48,325 nt of DNA from Betaproteobacteria bacterium (GTDB lineage: Bacteria > Pseudomonadota > Gammaproteobacteria > Burkholderiales > SG8-39). The DNA is taken from positions 1-48,325 of the forward strand of contig SHXK01000004.1 in the NCBI GenBank assembly GCA_009693335.1. Reading direction: 5' to 3'. The first letter of the stretch is position 1. Every line of letters starts with the position of its first letter. Of the stretch, positions 19,266 to 27,641 are shown in pieces. Under the pieces are notes generated by a model. That model saw nothing but the letters and a program-made list of their open reading frames with translations, did not search any database and was not told the DNA's origin. Position numbers and translations under genes: made by a program.

Positions 19266-20210
19266 ATGAAACTTCAGCAATTACGCTACATCTGTGAGGT
19301 GGCACGTCGCGATTTGAGCGTGTCCGCAGCTGCGCAAGCACTGTTCACCTCCCAGCCCGGGGTGAGCAAACAGATCAAGGGACTGGAGCAGGAACTGGGC
19401 GTCGAGATCTTCGTGCGCAGCGGCAAGCGCCTCAGAAGCATCACCGAACCAGGGCGCGCAGTACTCGCGATTGCCGAGCGCATGCTGGCCGACGCAGCCA
19501 GTCTGAAGCGGGCCGGCGAGGATTTCGCCAGGGAAAAAACCGGCACGCTGACCATCGCCACCACCCATACGCAGGCGCGCTACGCACTGCCCAAGGCGGT
19601 GGCCGCGTTCAAGCGCCGCTACCCGAAGGTGCAGCTGTTCATCCATCAGGGAAATCCGACACAGATCTGCGAACAGGTAGCGCAGGGTGAGGCGGACCTT
19701 TGCGTCGCCACCGAGCACATCGCCGAGCACCCTGGCCTGGTGGCGCTGCCCTGCTACCAGTGGAACCGCTGCATCGTGGTGCCGGCCAAGCACCCGCTGC
19801 TGAAGGTCGAGCCACTGACCCTGGAAGCAATCGCGAAATATCCGATCGTGACTTACGACTTCAGCTACGCCAACCGCTCCGTCGTCAACCGCGCCTTCGA
19901 GCAGCGCGGTCTGGCGCCGCAGGTGGTGCTCACGGCTTTCGACGCCGACGTGATCAAAACCTATGTCGAGCTTGGCCTGGGCGTCGGCATCATGGCGGCC
20001 ATGGCGTTCGACGCCAAGCGCGACCGGCAGCTCCGCTCCATCGACGCTTCGCACCTGTTTGCGTCGTCAATTACGCGCCTAGGCATCAAGCGCGGCGCCT
20101 GGCTGCGCCGCTACACCTACGACTTCATCGAATTGTTCGCGCCCAACCTGTCGCGCGAACTGGTGGAAAAGACCGTGCTGGACAAAGCCGGCTCTACTTA
20201 CGAGCTCTAG
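19266..20210 (+). CDS. cysB: CysB/Cbl family LysR transcriptional regulator
   Basis: MKLQQLRY, LFTSQPGVSKQI, IATTHTQARYALP, DADVIKTYVELGLGVGI. Confidence 0.95.
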   Translation: MKLQQLRYICEVARRDLSVSAAAQALFTSQPGVSKQIKGLEQELGVEIFVRSGKRLRSITEPGRAVLAIAERMLADAASLKRAGEDFAREKTGTLTIATTHTQARYALPKAVAAFKRRYPKVQLFIHQGNPTQICEQVAQGEADLCVATEHIAEHPGLVALPCYQWNRCIVVPAKHPLLKVEPLTLEAIAKYPIVTYDFSYANRSVVNRAFEQRGLAPQVVLTAFDADVIKTYVELGLGVGIMAAMAFDAKRDRQLRSIDASHLFASSITRLGIKRGAWLRRYTYDFIELFAPNLSRELVEKTVLDKAGSTYEL

Positions 20211-20240
20211 GCGTGGGTCCCACGCACGCCTATGCGTGCG
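20208..20240. terminator. Palindromic junction between convergent cysB and phaZ (possible bidirectional terminator)
   Basis: TAGGCGTG(20208-15)/CACGCCTA(20225-32) 8-bp stem containing both stop codons; no U-tract. Confidence 0.4.
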
Positions 20241-21495
20241 TCCTTATAAAGTCCCGGATCTTCGGGCAGATGGTCTCGCGCCAGCGGCGGCCGGCGAAAA
20301 TTCCGTAGTGGCCGGTGCCGGGGGCGACGTAGTGTTCGCGCCGCGCTGCCGGAATATTGAAGCACAGCAGGTGCGCCGCCTCGGTCTGGCCGTTGCCTGA
20401 GATGTCGTCGAGCTCGCCTTCGATGGTCAGCAGCGCGGTGTCGCGGATGACCTGCGGCCGCACCAGCTGCTCGCGTATGTACAGCTGCCCCTTAGGCAAG
20501 GCGAAATCCTGGAACACCAGCTTTATCGTATCGAGGTAATACTCGGCGGGCAGGTCCAGCACCGCGTTATATTCGTCGTAGAACTCGCGGTGCTTCTCCG
20601 CCGAGCCGTCGTCGCCCGCGAGCAGGTGGTTGAAGTAGTCCCAGTGCGCGTTCAGGTGGCGGTCCGGGTTCATCGCCACGAAGCCCAGGTGCTGCAGGAA
20701 CCCCGGGTACACGCGCCGCGAATAACCTGGATATTTCTCCGGCACGCGCTGGATCACGTTCTGCTCGAACCACGCATAGGATTTCTGCGTGGCGAGGTTG
20801 TTCACCGCGGTGGGGCTCTTGCGCGCGTCGATCGGCCCGCCCATCATGACCATGGTTTTCGGCGCCAGGTGGCGAGCGGCAGGTTCTGCGTCCTGCGCCA
20901 TGAGCGCTACCGCGCACAGTACCGGCACGGTGGGCTGACAGACTGAGATCACGTTGAGGTTGGGCTGCTGCGGGTCAGTCAGCAGGGTGATGAACTCGCG
21001 CACATAATCAACATAGTCGGCGAGCTGGAATGGCCCGGCGCTAAGCGGCACCATCCTCGCGTCCACCCAATCGGTGACCCAGACATCGTGCTCAGGCAGG
21101 AGCGAGCGCACCGTGTCGCGCAGCAAGGTGGCGTGGTGGCCGGAGAGCGGCGCCACCAGCAGGACACGCGGGGCCTTGGATTTTCGATTGCGGCCCTGCG
21201 GGCTCTCGATCGCACGGCGAAAATGGATCAGTTTGCAGAACGGTTTGTCGAGTTCGGTGACGATTTCGACCGCGACCTCCTCGCCCGCCACGGTGGTGCA
21301 ATCGATGTTCCAGGGCGGTTTCTGATAGCGCTGGGTAATGCGCAGGAAAAGGTCGTTGGAGGCGGCAACCCGGCGCGCGATCGGCGTATAGGCGAGGGGA
21401 CTGAAAGGGTGGTCAAACCAGCTGCGCGCCGCTTCGGCGGCGTAGCGCCAAGGCCCCAGGATCTGGTGCTGGGTTTCGTAGAGTTTATAAAGCAT
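20230..21495 (-). CDS. phaZ: Intracellular polyhydroxyalkanoate depolymerase
   Basis: VAPLSGHHATLLRDTV, SVCQP (Cys nucleophile), MGGPIDAR, RRVYPGFLQ, EGELDDISG, GHYGIF. Confidence 0.94.
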   Translation of the reverse strand: MLYKLYETQHQILGPWRYAAEAARSWFDHPFSPLAYTPIARRVAASNDLFLRITQRYQKPPWNIDCTTVAGEEVAVEIVTELDKPFCKLIHFRRAIESPQGRNRKSKAPRVLLVAPLSGHHATLLRDTVRSLLPEHDVWVTDWVDARMVPLSAGPFQLADYVDYVREFITLLTDPQQPNLNVISVCQPTVPVLCAVALMAQDAEPAARHLAPKTMVMMGGPIDARKSPTAVNNLATQKSYAWFEQNVIQRVPEKYPGYSRRVYPGFLQHLGFVAMNPDRHLNAHWDYFNHLLAGDDGSAEKHREFYDEYNAVLDLPAEYYLDTIKLVFQDFALPKGQLYIREQLVRPQVIRDTALLTIEGELDDISGNGQTEAAHLLCFNIPAARREHYVAPGTGHYGIFAGRRWRETICPKIRDFIRTHA

Positions 21496-21514
21496 AGGCC
21501 CCTACCATAGCAGA

Positions 21515-21530
21515 ATTGCGGCGCTGCAAT
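21515..21530. promoter_or_regulatory. Palindrome ATTGCGGCGCTGCAAT upstream of phaZ, candidate PhaR site
   Basis: Near-perfect inverted repeat, TGC-rich as described for PhaR operators; 19 nt upstream of the phaZ start. Confidence 0.45.
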
Positions 21531-21560
21531 ATTGGGTGCCGATCTGTAGGGACGCTGCCG

Positions 21561-21609
21561 TTAGCGGGAACGCACTCGTGTGTTAGAGAGGAACGCACTC
21601 GTGCGTTAG
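21561..21609 (-). repeat. Tandem pair of a 22-23-bp palindromic unit (minus strand CTAACGCACGAGTGCGTTCC), REP-like
   Basis: TTAG at 21561, 21583 and 21606 bounds two copies of GGAACGCACTCGTGYG; the last TTA is the fadD stop; same unit at 33798..33845. Confidence 0.85.
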
Positions 21610-23258
21610 TCGCGCAGCGCGCGCCGCAGGATCTTGCCGACGTTGGTCTTGGGCAGGTCGGCGCGAAACTCGACATGCTTGGGCTGCTTGTAACCGGTCA
21701 ACTGAGCCTTGCAGTACGCCAGCACCTGGGCCTCGGTCAGCGAGGGGTCCTTCTTGACGATGAACACTTTCGGCACCTCACCCGACTTCTCGTCGGGCAC
21801 GCCGATGGCCGCAACTTCAAGGACCCCTGGCATCATCGCCACCACCTGCTCGATCTCGTTCGGGTAGACGTTGAATCCCGACACCAGGATCATGTCCTTC
21901 TTGCGATCGACGATGCGCACGAAGCCCTTCTCGTCCATCACCCCCACGTCGCCGGTATAAAGATAGCCGTCGGTGCCGAGCGCCTGCGCGGTTTCGTCGT
22001 CGCGCTGCCAGTAACCTTTCATCACCTGCGGCCCCCTGATACAGATCTCGCCGCGCTGGCCGAGCGGCACGTCCTTCTTGTCGTCGTCGCGCAGCACCAC
22101 TTCGGTCGAAGGCATCGGCAGGCCGATCGAGCCGCTGTAGGCGGTGAGATTGAGCGGGTTCATGGTCGCGCAAGGGCTGGTCTCGGTCAGGCCATAGCCT
22201 TCGAGCAGCACTTTGCCGGTCACCTGCTGCCATTTGTCCGCGACCGCTTTCTGCACCGCCATGCCGCCGCCAACGCAAACCTTGACCTGCGAGAAATCGA
22301 GTTTGCGAAACTCCTCGTTGTTGAGAAAGGCGTTGAACAGCGTATTGACCCCGGTGATCATGTTGTACGGGTGTTTGCCCAGCTCCTTGACGAAGGCCGG
22401 AATGTCGCGCGGATTGGTGATCAGCACGTTCATACCGCCGAGCTTCATCATGTTGAGGCAGTTCACCGTGAGGGAGAAGATGTGATACAGCGGCAGGGCG
22501 GTGATGATCATCGGGCGTTCGTCGCCGATACCCTGCACCAGCCAGGTGGCGGCCTGCTCGATGTTGGCAAGGATGTTGCGGTGTAGCAGCATCGCGCCTT
22601 TCGATACCCCGGTGGTGCCGCCCGTGTACTGCAGGAAGGCGATGTCCTCATGCCCGACCTGCACAGGCTTCATTTCCTTGCCGGCGGCCTCGGCGAGCAT
22701 GTCGTTGAAGCGCAAGGCGCCGGGCAGCTCGAACGGCGGCACCATCTTTTTCACTTTGCGCACCACGAAATTCACGAGCAGGCCCTTGACGCCGAGCATG
22801 TCACCCAGCGAGGCCAGGATCACATGCTTCACCGGCGTCTTCGGCAGCACTGCTTGCAGCGTGGTGGCGAAGTTCTCCAAGATCACGATCACTTCTGCGC
22901 CCGAGTCCTTCAACTGGTGCTCGAGTTCTCGCGGCGTGTAGAGTGGATTGACGTTCACCACGATGCCGCCTGCGCGCAGCGTGCCGTACAACGCCACCGG
23001 ATATTGCAGGCAGTTGGGCATCATGATCGCCACGCGCACGCCTTTGCCGTAGCCCTTCGATTGCAGCCAGGCGCCGAAGGTGCGCGACAGACCATCGAGG
23101 TCGCCAAAGCTGATGGTCTTGCCCATGCAGTGAAAAGCCGGGCGGTCGCTGAATTCCACAACTTTCTTATCCACCAGATCGCCCACCGACTGGTACTGCG
23201 AATAGTCGATTTCGGCGGGCACGCCCGGGGGGTAGCTCTTCAACCAGATTTTTTCCAT
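21606..23258 (-). CDS. fadD: Long-chain-fatty-acid--CoA ligase
   Basis: [66 protein letters not shown]; GAGGAG RBS. Confidence 0.95.
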   Translation of the reverse strand: MEKIWLKSYPPGVPAEIDYSQYQSVGDLVDKKVVEFSDRPAFHCMGKTISFGDLDGLSRTFGAWLQSKGYGKGVRVAIMMPNCLQYPVALYGTLRAGGIVVNVNPLYTPRELEHQLKDSGAEVIVILENFATTLQAVLPKTPVKHVILASLGDMLGVKGLLVNFVVRKVKKMVPPFELPGALRFNDMLAEAAGKEMKPVQVGHEDIAFLQYTGGTTGVSKGAMLLHRNILANIEQAATWLVQGIGDERPMIITALPLYHIFSLTVNCLNMMKLGGMNVLITNPRDIPAFVKELGKHPYNMITGVNTLFNAFLNNEEFRKLDFSQVKVCVGGGMAVQKAVADKWQQVTGKVLLEGYGLTETSPCATMNPLNLTAYSGSIGLPMPSTEVVLRDDDKKDVPLGQRGEICIRGPQVMKGYWQRDDETAQALGTDGYLYTGDVGVMDEKGFVRIVDRKKDMILVSGFNVYPNEIEQVVAMMPGVLEVAAIGVPDEKSGEVPKVFIVKKDPSLTEAQVLAYCKAQLTGYKQPKHVEFRADLPKTNVGKILRRALRD

Positions 23259-23302
23259 GGGGACTCCTCCTCTAGCGGATTCTAGCTCAGCCGGGCTTGA
23301 AC

Positions 23303-24079
23303 CTAGCGGTGCCTGAACTTCGGTTTGCGCTTCTCGACGAACGCCGCCATGCCCTCTTTCTGATCTTCCAGCGCGAAACAGGCGTGAAACAAACGCCGCT
23401 CGAAACGCACGCCCTCGGTCAGGTTCGTCTCATAGGCGCGGTTGACGGCCTCCTTCGCCATCATCGCCACCGGCAGCGAATACTCGGCGATCTTCTGCGC
23501 CACCGCCATCGCTTCCTCGAGCAGCTTCGCTGCCGGCACCACGCGCGATACGAGTCCTGCACGCTCGGCCTCAGCCGCGTCCATCATGCGCGCCGTGAGG
23601 CACAGGTCCATCGCTTTCGCTTTGCCGACCGCGCGCGGTAAGCGCTGTGTGCCGCCCGCTCCCGGAAAAATGCCCAGCTTGATCTCCGGCTGACCGAACT
23701 TCGCGCTATCGGCCGCGATCACGATGTCGCAGGACATCGCCAGCTCGCAGCCGCCGCCGAGCGCAAAGCCGGACACTGCGGCGACGATCGGCTTGCGGAT
23801 GTTGCGGATGTGCTCCCAGTCGCGCGTGATGTAGTCGGACTTGAATGCTTGCATGAAGTCGTAGTCCTTCATGGCGCCTATGTCGGCGCCAGCGGCGAAA
23901 GCCTTTTCGTTGCCGGTGATCACTATGCAGCCGACGCCGTCGTCTGCGTCGAAGCCGTACAGCGCGGCGGCCAGCTCCTGCATCAGCTGCGCATTCAGCG
24001 CGTTCATCTGCTGCGGCCGGTTGAGTGCGATCAGGGCCACGCGCCCCTTAACCTCGGTAGTGATGAATTCATAGCTCAT
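23303..24079 (-). CDS. paaF: Enoyl-CoA hydratase (PaaF-like)
   Basis: [37 protein letters not shown]. Confidence 0.85.
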   Translation of the reverse strand: MSYEFITTEVKGRVALIALNRPQQMNALNAQLMQELAAALYGFDADDGVGCIVITGNEKAFAAGADIGAMKDYDFMQAFKSDYITRDWEHIRNIRKPIVAAVSGFALGGGCELAMSCDIVIAADSAKFGQPEIKLGIFPGAGGTQRLPRAVGKAKAMDLCLTARMMDAAEAERAGLVSRVVPAAKLLEEAMAVAQKIAEYSLPVAMMAKEAVNRAYETNLTEGVRFERRLFHACFALEDQKEGMAAFVEKRKPKFRHR

Positions 24080-24138
24080 GGCTAGTCGCTTTCAAAAAGG
24101 CTCTTGGGGAAGAGCCGAATTTTAGCTAAGCTTTGCCC

Positions 24139-24921
24139 ATGAAACCTATACTTGTTGCTGTCGAAGCCGGGGTGCAGCGCATCACGCTCAACCGCCCGGA
24201 AAAACTCAACGCCTTCAATCCTGCCGTCCACCAAGGTCTCGCCGATGCCATGACGCGCGCCGAAACCGATGCCACGATCCGCTGCCTGCTTATCACCGGC
24301 GCTGGGCGCGGTTTCTGCGCCGGGCAGGATCTGACGGAGCGCGATATGAAAGCGGTCGGACCCATCGATCTGGGCTCAGGCCTGGAGACCTGGTACCACC
24401 CGCTAATCAAACGCATGCGCGCACTGCCCAAGCCCATCATCTGCGCAGTGAACGGCGTAGCCGCAGGCGCCGGCGCCAATTTCGCCCTCGCTTGCGACAT
24501 CGTGCTCGCGGCACGCTCGGCCTCTTTCATCCAGGCCTTCGTCAAGATCGGCCTGGTGCCCGACTGCGGCGGCAGCTACTTCCTGCCGCGGCTCGCGGGC
24601 ACGCAACGCGCGATGGCGCTCGCTATGACGGGCGAGCGACTTTCGGCGGAGGACGCCGAGCGCTACGGCATCGTCTGGAAGATAGTGGACGACGACAAGC
24701 TGGCGCAGGAGTCGATGGCGTTAGCCAGTCGCCTCGCCGCCGGGCCGACCCGTAGCCTCGGCTTCATCAAGCAAGCGATGTACGCATCGGTCGACAACAC
24801 GCTGGCGGCGCAGCTCGATCTCGAGCGCGACCTGCAGCGCGAGATCGGCAAAGGCGGGGACTACCGAGAAGGCGTCACCGCGTTCCTGGAAAAACGCAAG
24901 CCGGACTTCAAGGGCTGGTGA
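24139..24921 (+). CDS. paaG: 2-(1,2-epoxy-1,2-dihydrophenyl)acetyl-CoA isomerase
   Basis: GAGRGFCAGQDL, VNGVAAGAGANFALACD, FIQAFVKIGLVPDCGG (PaaG-type Asp). Confidence 0.88.
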   Translation: MKPILVAVEAGVQRITLNRPEKLNAFNPAVHQGLADAMTRAETDATIRCLLITGAGRGFCAGQDLTERDMKAVGPIDLGSGLETWYHPLIKRMRALPKPIICAVNGVAAGAGANFALACDIVLAARSASFIQAFVKIGLVPDCGGSYFLPRLAGTQRAMALAMTGERLSAEDAERYGIVWKIVDDDKLAQESMALASRLAAGPTRSLGFIKQAMYASVDNTLAAQLDLERDLQREIGKGGDYREGVTAFLEKRKPDFKGW

Positions 24922-24981
24922 TAGGGCCAGTTCGGGTTTCCAGCCCGAAGATCGAATCTCAAATCAACGACAGATGACCCG

Positions 24982-25473
24982 TTACTGGCAGACGGCGCCT
25001 TCCAACGCGAGCAAGGCGCGCTTGCGCTCCATGCCACCGGCGTAACCGGTCAAGGCGCCGTTCGCGCCCATGATGCGGTGGCAGGGCACGAGAATAGTGA
25101 TCGGGTTGCGCCCGGTCGCCGCACCCGCTGCGCGCGCGCTGCCCGGATGGCCGGCCCGCCGCGCGAGTTCGCCGTAGCTGATGGTTTCACCAAAGCCAAC
25201 GCTAGCGATGGACTGCCATACCGAGCGCTGAAAGGACGTGCCCTGCGGAGCCAACACCACCTCGAAGCGCCTGCGCTTACCGGCGAAATATTCGGCCAGC
25301 TCGCACTTCACCTGCTGCAGGGACACGTGATGCAGGTCGCGCTGCCATGCTTTTTCTTTTTCCGGAAAGTATTTCTGTCCCACGAAGTACACGCCGGAAA
25401 CGCCGGTTTCGGTGGCGACTAGCAGCATGCCGCCTTGCGGACTTTGATAAGTGTCGTAGTAATGAATGGTCAT
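24982..25473 (-). CDS. ogt: Methylated-DNA--protein-cysteine S-methyltransferase
   Basis: GTSFQRSVW, SYGELA, GRNPITILVPCHRI (PCHR active site); start 25473 with AAGGA RBS; the upstream part of ORF 24982..26664 is antisense to fadH. Confidence 0.92.
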   Translation of the reverse strand: MTIHYYDTYQSPQGGMLLVATETGVSGVYFVGQKYFPEKEKAWQRDLHHVSLQQVKCELAEYFAGKRRRFEVVLAPQGTSFQRSVWQSIASVGFGETISYGELARRAGHPGSARAAGAATGRNPITILVPCHRIMGANGALTGYAGGMERKRALLALEGAVCQ

Positions 25474-25572
25474 GCTTTCCTTGGTAGAGATTGCCAGAGA
25501 CGCCTCAGTGCAGTGGCGCGCCCGCCGAGTGCGAACACGCGCCCGGTCGCGGCTGGCGGAGTCGAGCAGCAT
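25470..25572 (-). pseudogene. Vestige of an ada-alkA (AdaA/AlkA fusion) gene
   Basis: Starts MLLDSAS(R)DRA; ends in another frame GRATALRRLWQSLPRKA*, matching the AlkA C-terminal WRAYA..HLW pattern; its TGA overlaps the ogt ATG. Confidence 0.6.
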
Positions 25573-25611
25573 GGCCGCAATATGAGCGCGCGCGGCTAGA
25601 ATGTCCAGCCT

Positions 25612-27621
25612 ATGCCAGCTTACCCTCATCTTTTTCGCCCGCTTGAGCTGCCGGGGGTCACCCTTCCCAACCGCATCCTGATGGGCTCGATGCATACCGG
25701 ACTGGAAGCGCGACCCGACGGCATGACCCGGCTGGCCGCGTTCTACGCCGAGCGTGCGCGCGGTGGCGCGGCGCTCATCGTTACCGGCGGGTTTTCGCCG
25801 AATGATGCAGGTGAACTGGGCCCGCACCGCGTGCAGATGAGCAGCGAAGCAGACGCCCAGCGCCACCGAGTGATCCCGCAAGCGGTGCACGACACCGGCG
25901 GCCGCATCGTGTTGCAGGTGCTGCACTCCGGGCGCTACGGTTTTCACCAAAACATCGTCGCCCCCTCGCCGCTCAAGTCCGGGATCAATCCCCAGGTGCC
26001 ACGCGAGATGGCCGCTGATGAAATAAAACAAACCATCGTTGACTTCGTGCGCGCCGCAGTGCTCGCGCAGACAGCGGGCTATGACGGAGTCGAGGTGATG
26101 GCTTCCGAGGGCTACCTGATCACCCAATTCCTCGCCCCACGCACCAACCAGCGCCAGGACGACTGGGGCGGTTCGCTTGAGAACCGCATGCGCTTGGCCT
26201 GCGAGATCGTGCGCCAGATCCGCACCGCCACGGCGCCGCAATTCATCATCATTTACCGCATCTCGGCTCTCGATCTGGTCGAAGGTGGCCTCTCGGGGGC
26301 AGAAACGGTGCAACTCGCCCAGGCGATCGAGCGGGCCGGCGCCACGCTCATCAACACTGGCATCGGCTGGCACGAGGCGCGCATCCCGACCATCGCGCAG
26401 GCGGTGCCGCGCGCGGGATTCTCCTGGGCGACGCGACGGATCAAGGAGTGCGTAAAAATTCCGGTGATCGCTTCCAACCGCATCAACGCGCCCGAAAGCG
26501 CCGAGGAACTGCTCGCCCGCGGCGACGCCGACATGGTCTCGCTCGCCCGTGCGATGCTCTCCGATGCGGAGTTCGCGAACAAAGCGAAGGCCGGCGACCG
26601 CGCCGGCATCAATATCTGTATCGCCTGCAACCAGGCCTGCTTGGACCACTACTTCATCGGCCAACCGGCGAGCTGCGTGGTGAATCCGCGGGCGGGTCGC
26701 GAAACGACGCTGTTATTCAAAAAGACTTTAACCAGAAAAAAAATAGCCATCGTCGGTGGTGGTCCCGCAGGCCTGTCCTGCGCGGCGCTCGCCGCGGAGC
26801 GCGGCCACGAGGTGGTGCTGTTCGAAAAGGCCGCGCAACTCGGCGGCCAGTTCAATCTCGCCAAAAGGATTCCAGGCAAACAGGAATTCGCCGAGTCGGT
26901 GGCCTATTACGCCGAGCGTCTGCGGCGCGCCGGGGTGAAGGTGCTGCTCAACCACCCTGCTTCCGCGCTAGAGCTGGAGCGCTTCGACGAAGTCGTGCTC
27001 GCCTCCGGCGTCGAGCCGCGCAAACCAGCGATTCCCGGCATCGACCACCAGAGCGTGGTCAGCTATGTGGACCTGCTGTCGGGCCGTGTACGGGCGGGAA
27101 ACAAGGTGGTCATCATCGGCGCGGGCGGCATCGGTTTCGATGTGGCACTCTATCTGCTTGAGCGCTCGAGCCGCGCCGCGCTGGAAGCCGTCGAATTCAA
27201 TCGGCATTGGGGCATTACCCAGGATCTTGCCGTTGCCGGCGGCCTGGCCTCCGGCGGTATGGAGCAAGCACACAGCGAGTTCCAGATCACCATGCTGAAA
27301 CGCTCCGCCACGCCCTTCGGCAACACGCTCGGCCGCACCACCGGCTGGGTGCATCGCACCGAACTTGCCCGCCACGGGGTCAGAATGCTGAAAGCTGTCC
27401 AATTCCTCAAGATCGACGACGCTGGCGTGCACATCGCGGTGGACGGCAAGGAACTCTGCCTCCAGGCTGATACGACAGTCGTTTGCGCCGGGCAAGATTC
27501 TGTGCGGCCCTTTTCCAGAGAATCCACGAACTTTCATTCAATCGGTGGCGCCAAGGAGGCCGTCGAACTCGATGCCAAGCGTGCGATGCTCGAAGGCGCC
27601 GAACTAGCGGCAAGGCTCTGA
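25612..27621 (+). CDS. fadH: NADPH-dependent 2,4-dienoyl-CoA reductase
   Basis: NRILMGSMHTGLE, EVMASEGYL, TGIGWHEARIPTI, CIACNQACLDH...CVVNP (4Fe-4S), GxGxxG motifs, LGRTTGWVHR. Confidence 0.95.
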   Translation: MPAYPHLFRPLELPGVTLPNRILMGSMHTGLEARPDGMTRLAAFYAERARGGAALIVTGGFSPNDAGELGPHRVQMSSEADAQRHRVIPQAVHDTGGRIVLQVLHSGRYGFHQNIVAPSPLKSGINPQVPREMAADEIKQTIVDFVRAAVLAQTAGYDGVEVMASEGYLITQFLAPRTNQRQDDWGGSLENRMRLACEIVRQIRTATAPQFIIIYRISALDLVEGGLSGAETVQLAQAIERAGATLINTGIGWHEARIPTIAQAVPRAGFSWATRRIKECVKIPVIASNRINAPESAEELLARGDADMVSLARAMLSDAEFANKAKAGDRAGINICIACNQACLDHYFIGQPASCVVNPRAGRETTLLFKKTLTRKKIAIVGGGPAGLSCAALAAERGHEVVLFEKAAQLGGQFNLAKRIPGKQEFAESVAYYAERLRRAGVKVLLNHPASALELERFDEVVLASGVEPRKPAIPGIDHQSVVSYVDLLSGRVRAGNKVVIIGAGGIGFDVALYLLERSSRAALEAVEFNRHWGITQDLAVAGGLASGGMEQAHSEFQITMLKRSATPFGNTLGRTTGWVHRTELARHGVRMLKAVQFLKIDDAGVHIAVDGKELCLQADTTVVCAGQDSVRPFSRESTNFHSIGGAKEAVELDAKRAMLEGAELAARL

Positions 27622-27641
27622 CTTGGTCGTACACTAACGGC

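Noticed and set aside
21561-21609. CRISPR array interpretation of the palindromic repeats (also 33798..33845)
   Set aside because: Only two units per locus, 2-3 variable nt instead of spacers, and no cas genes
24931-24949. TTCGGG/CCCGAA hairpin between convergent paaG and ogt
   Set aside because: A 6-bp stem with no U-tract on either strand is too weak to call a terminator
25573-26664. 560-aa ORF suggesting a large Ogt fusion
   Set aside because: This part is antisense to fadH, a typical high-GC shadow ORF
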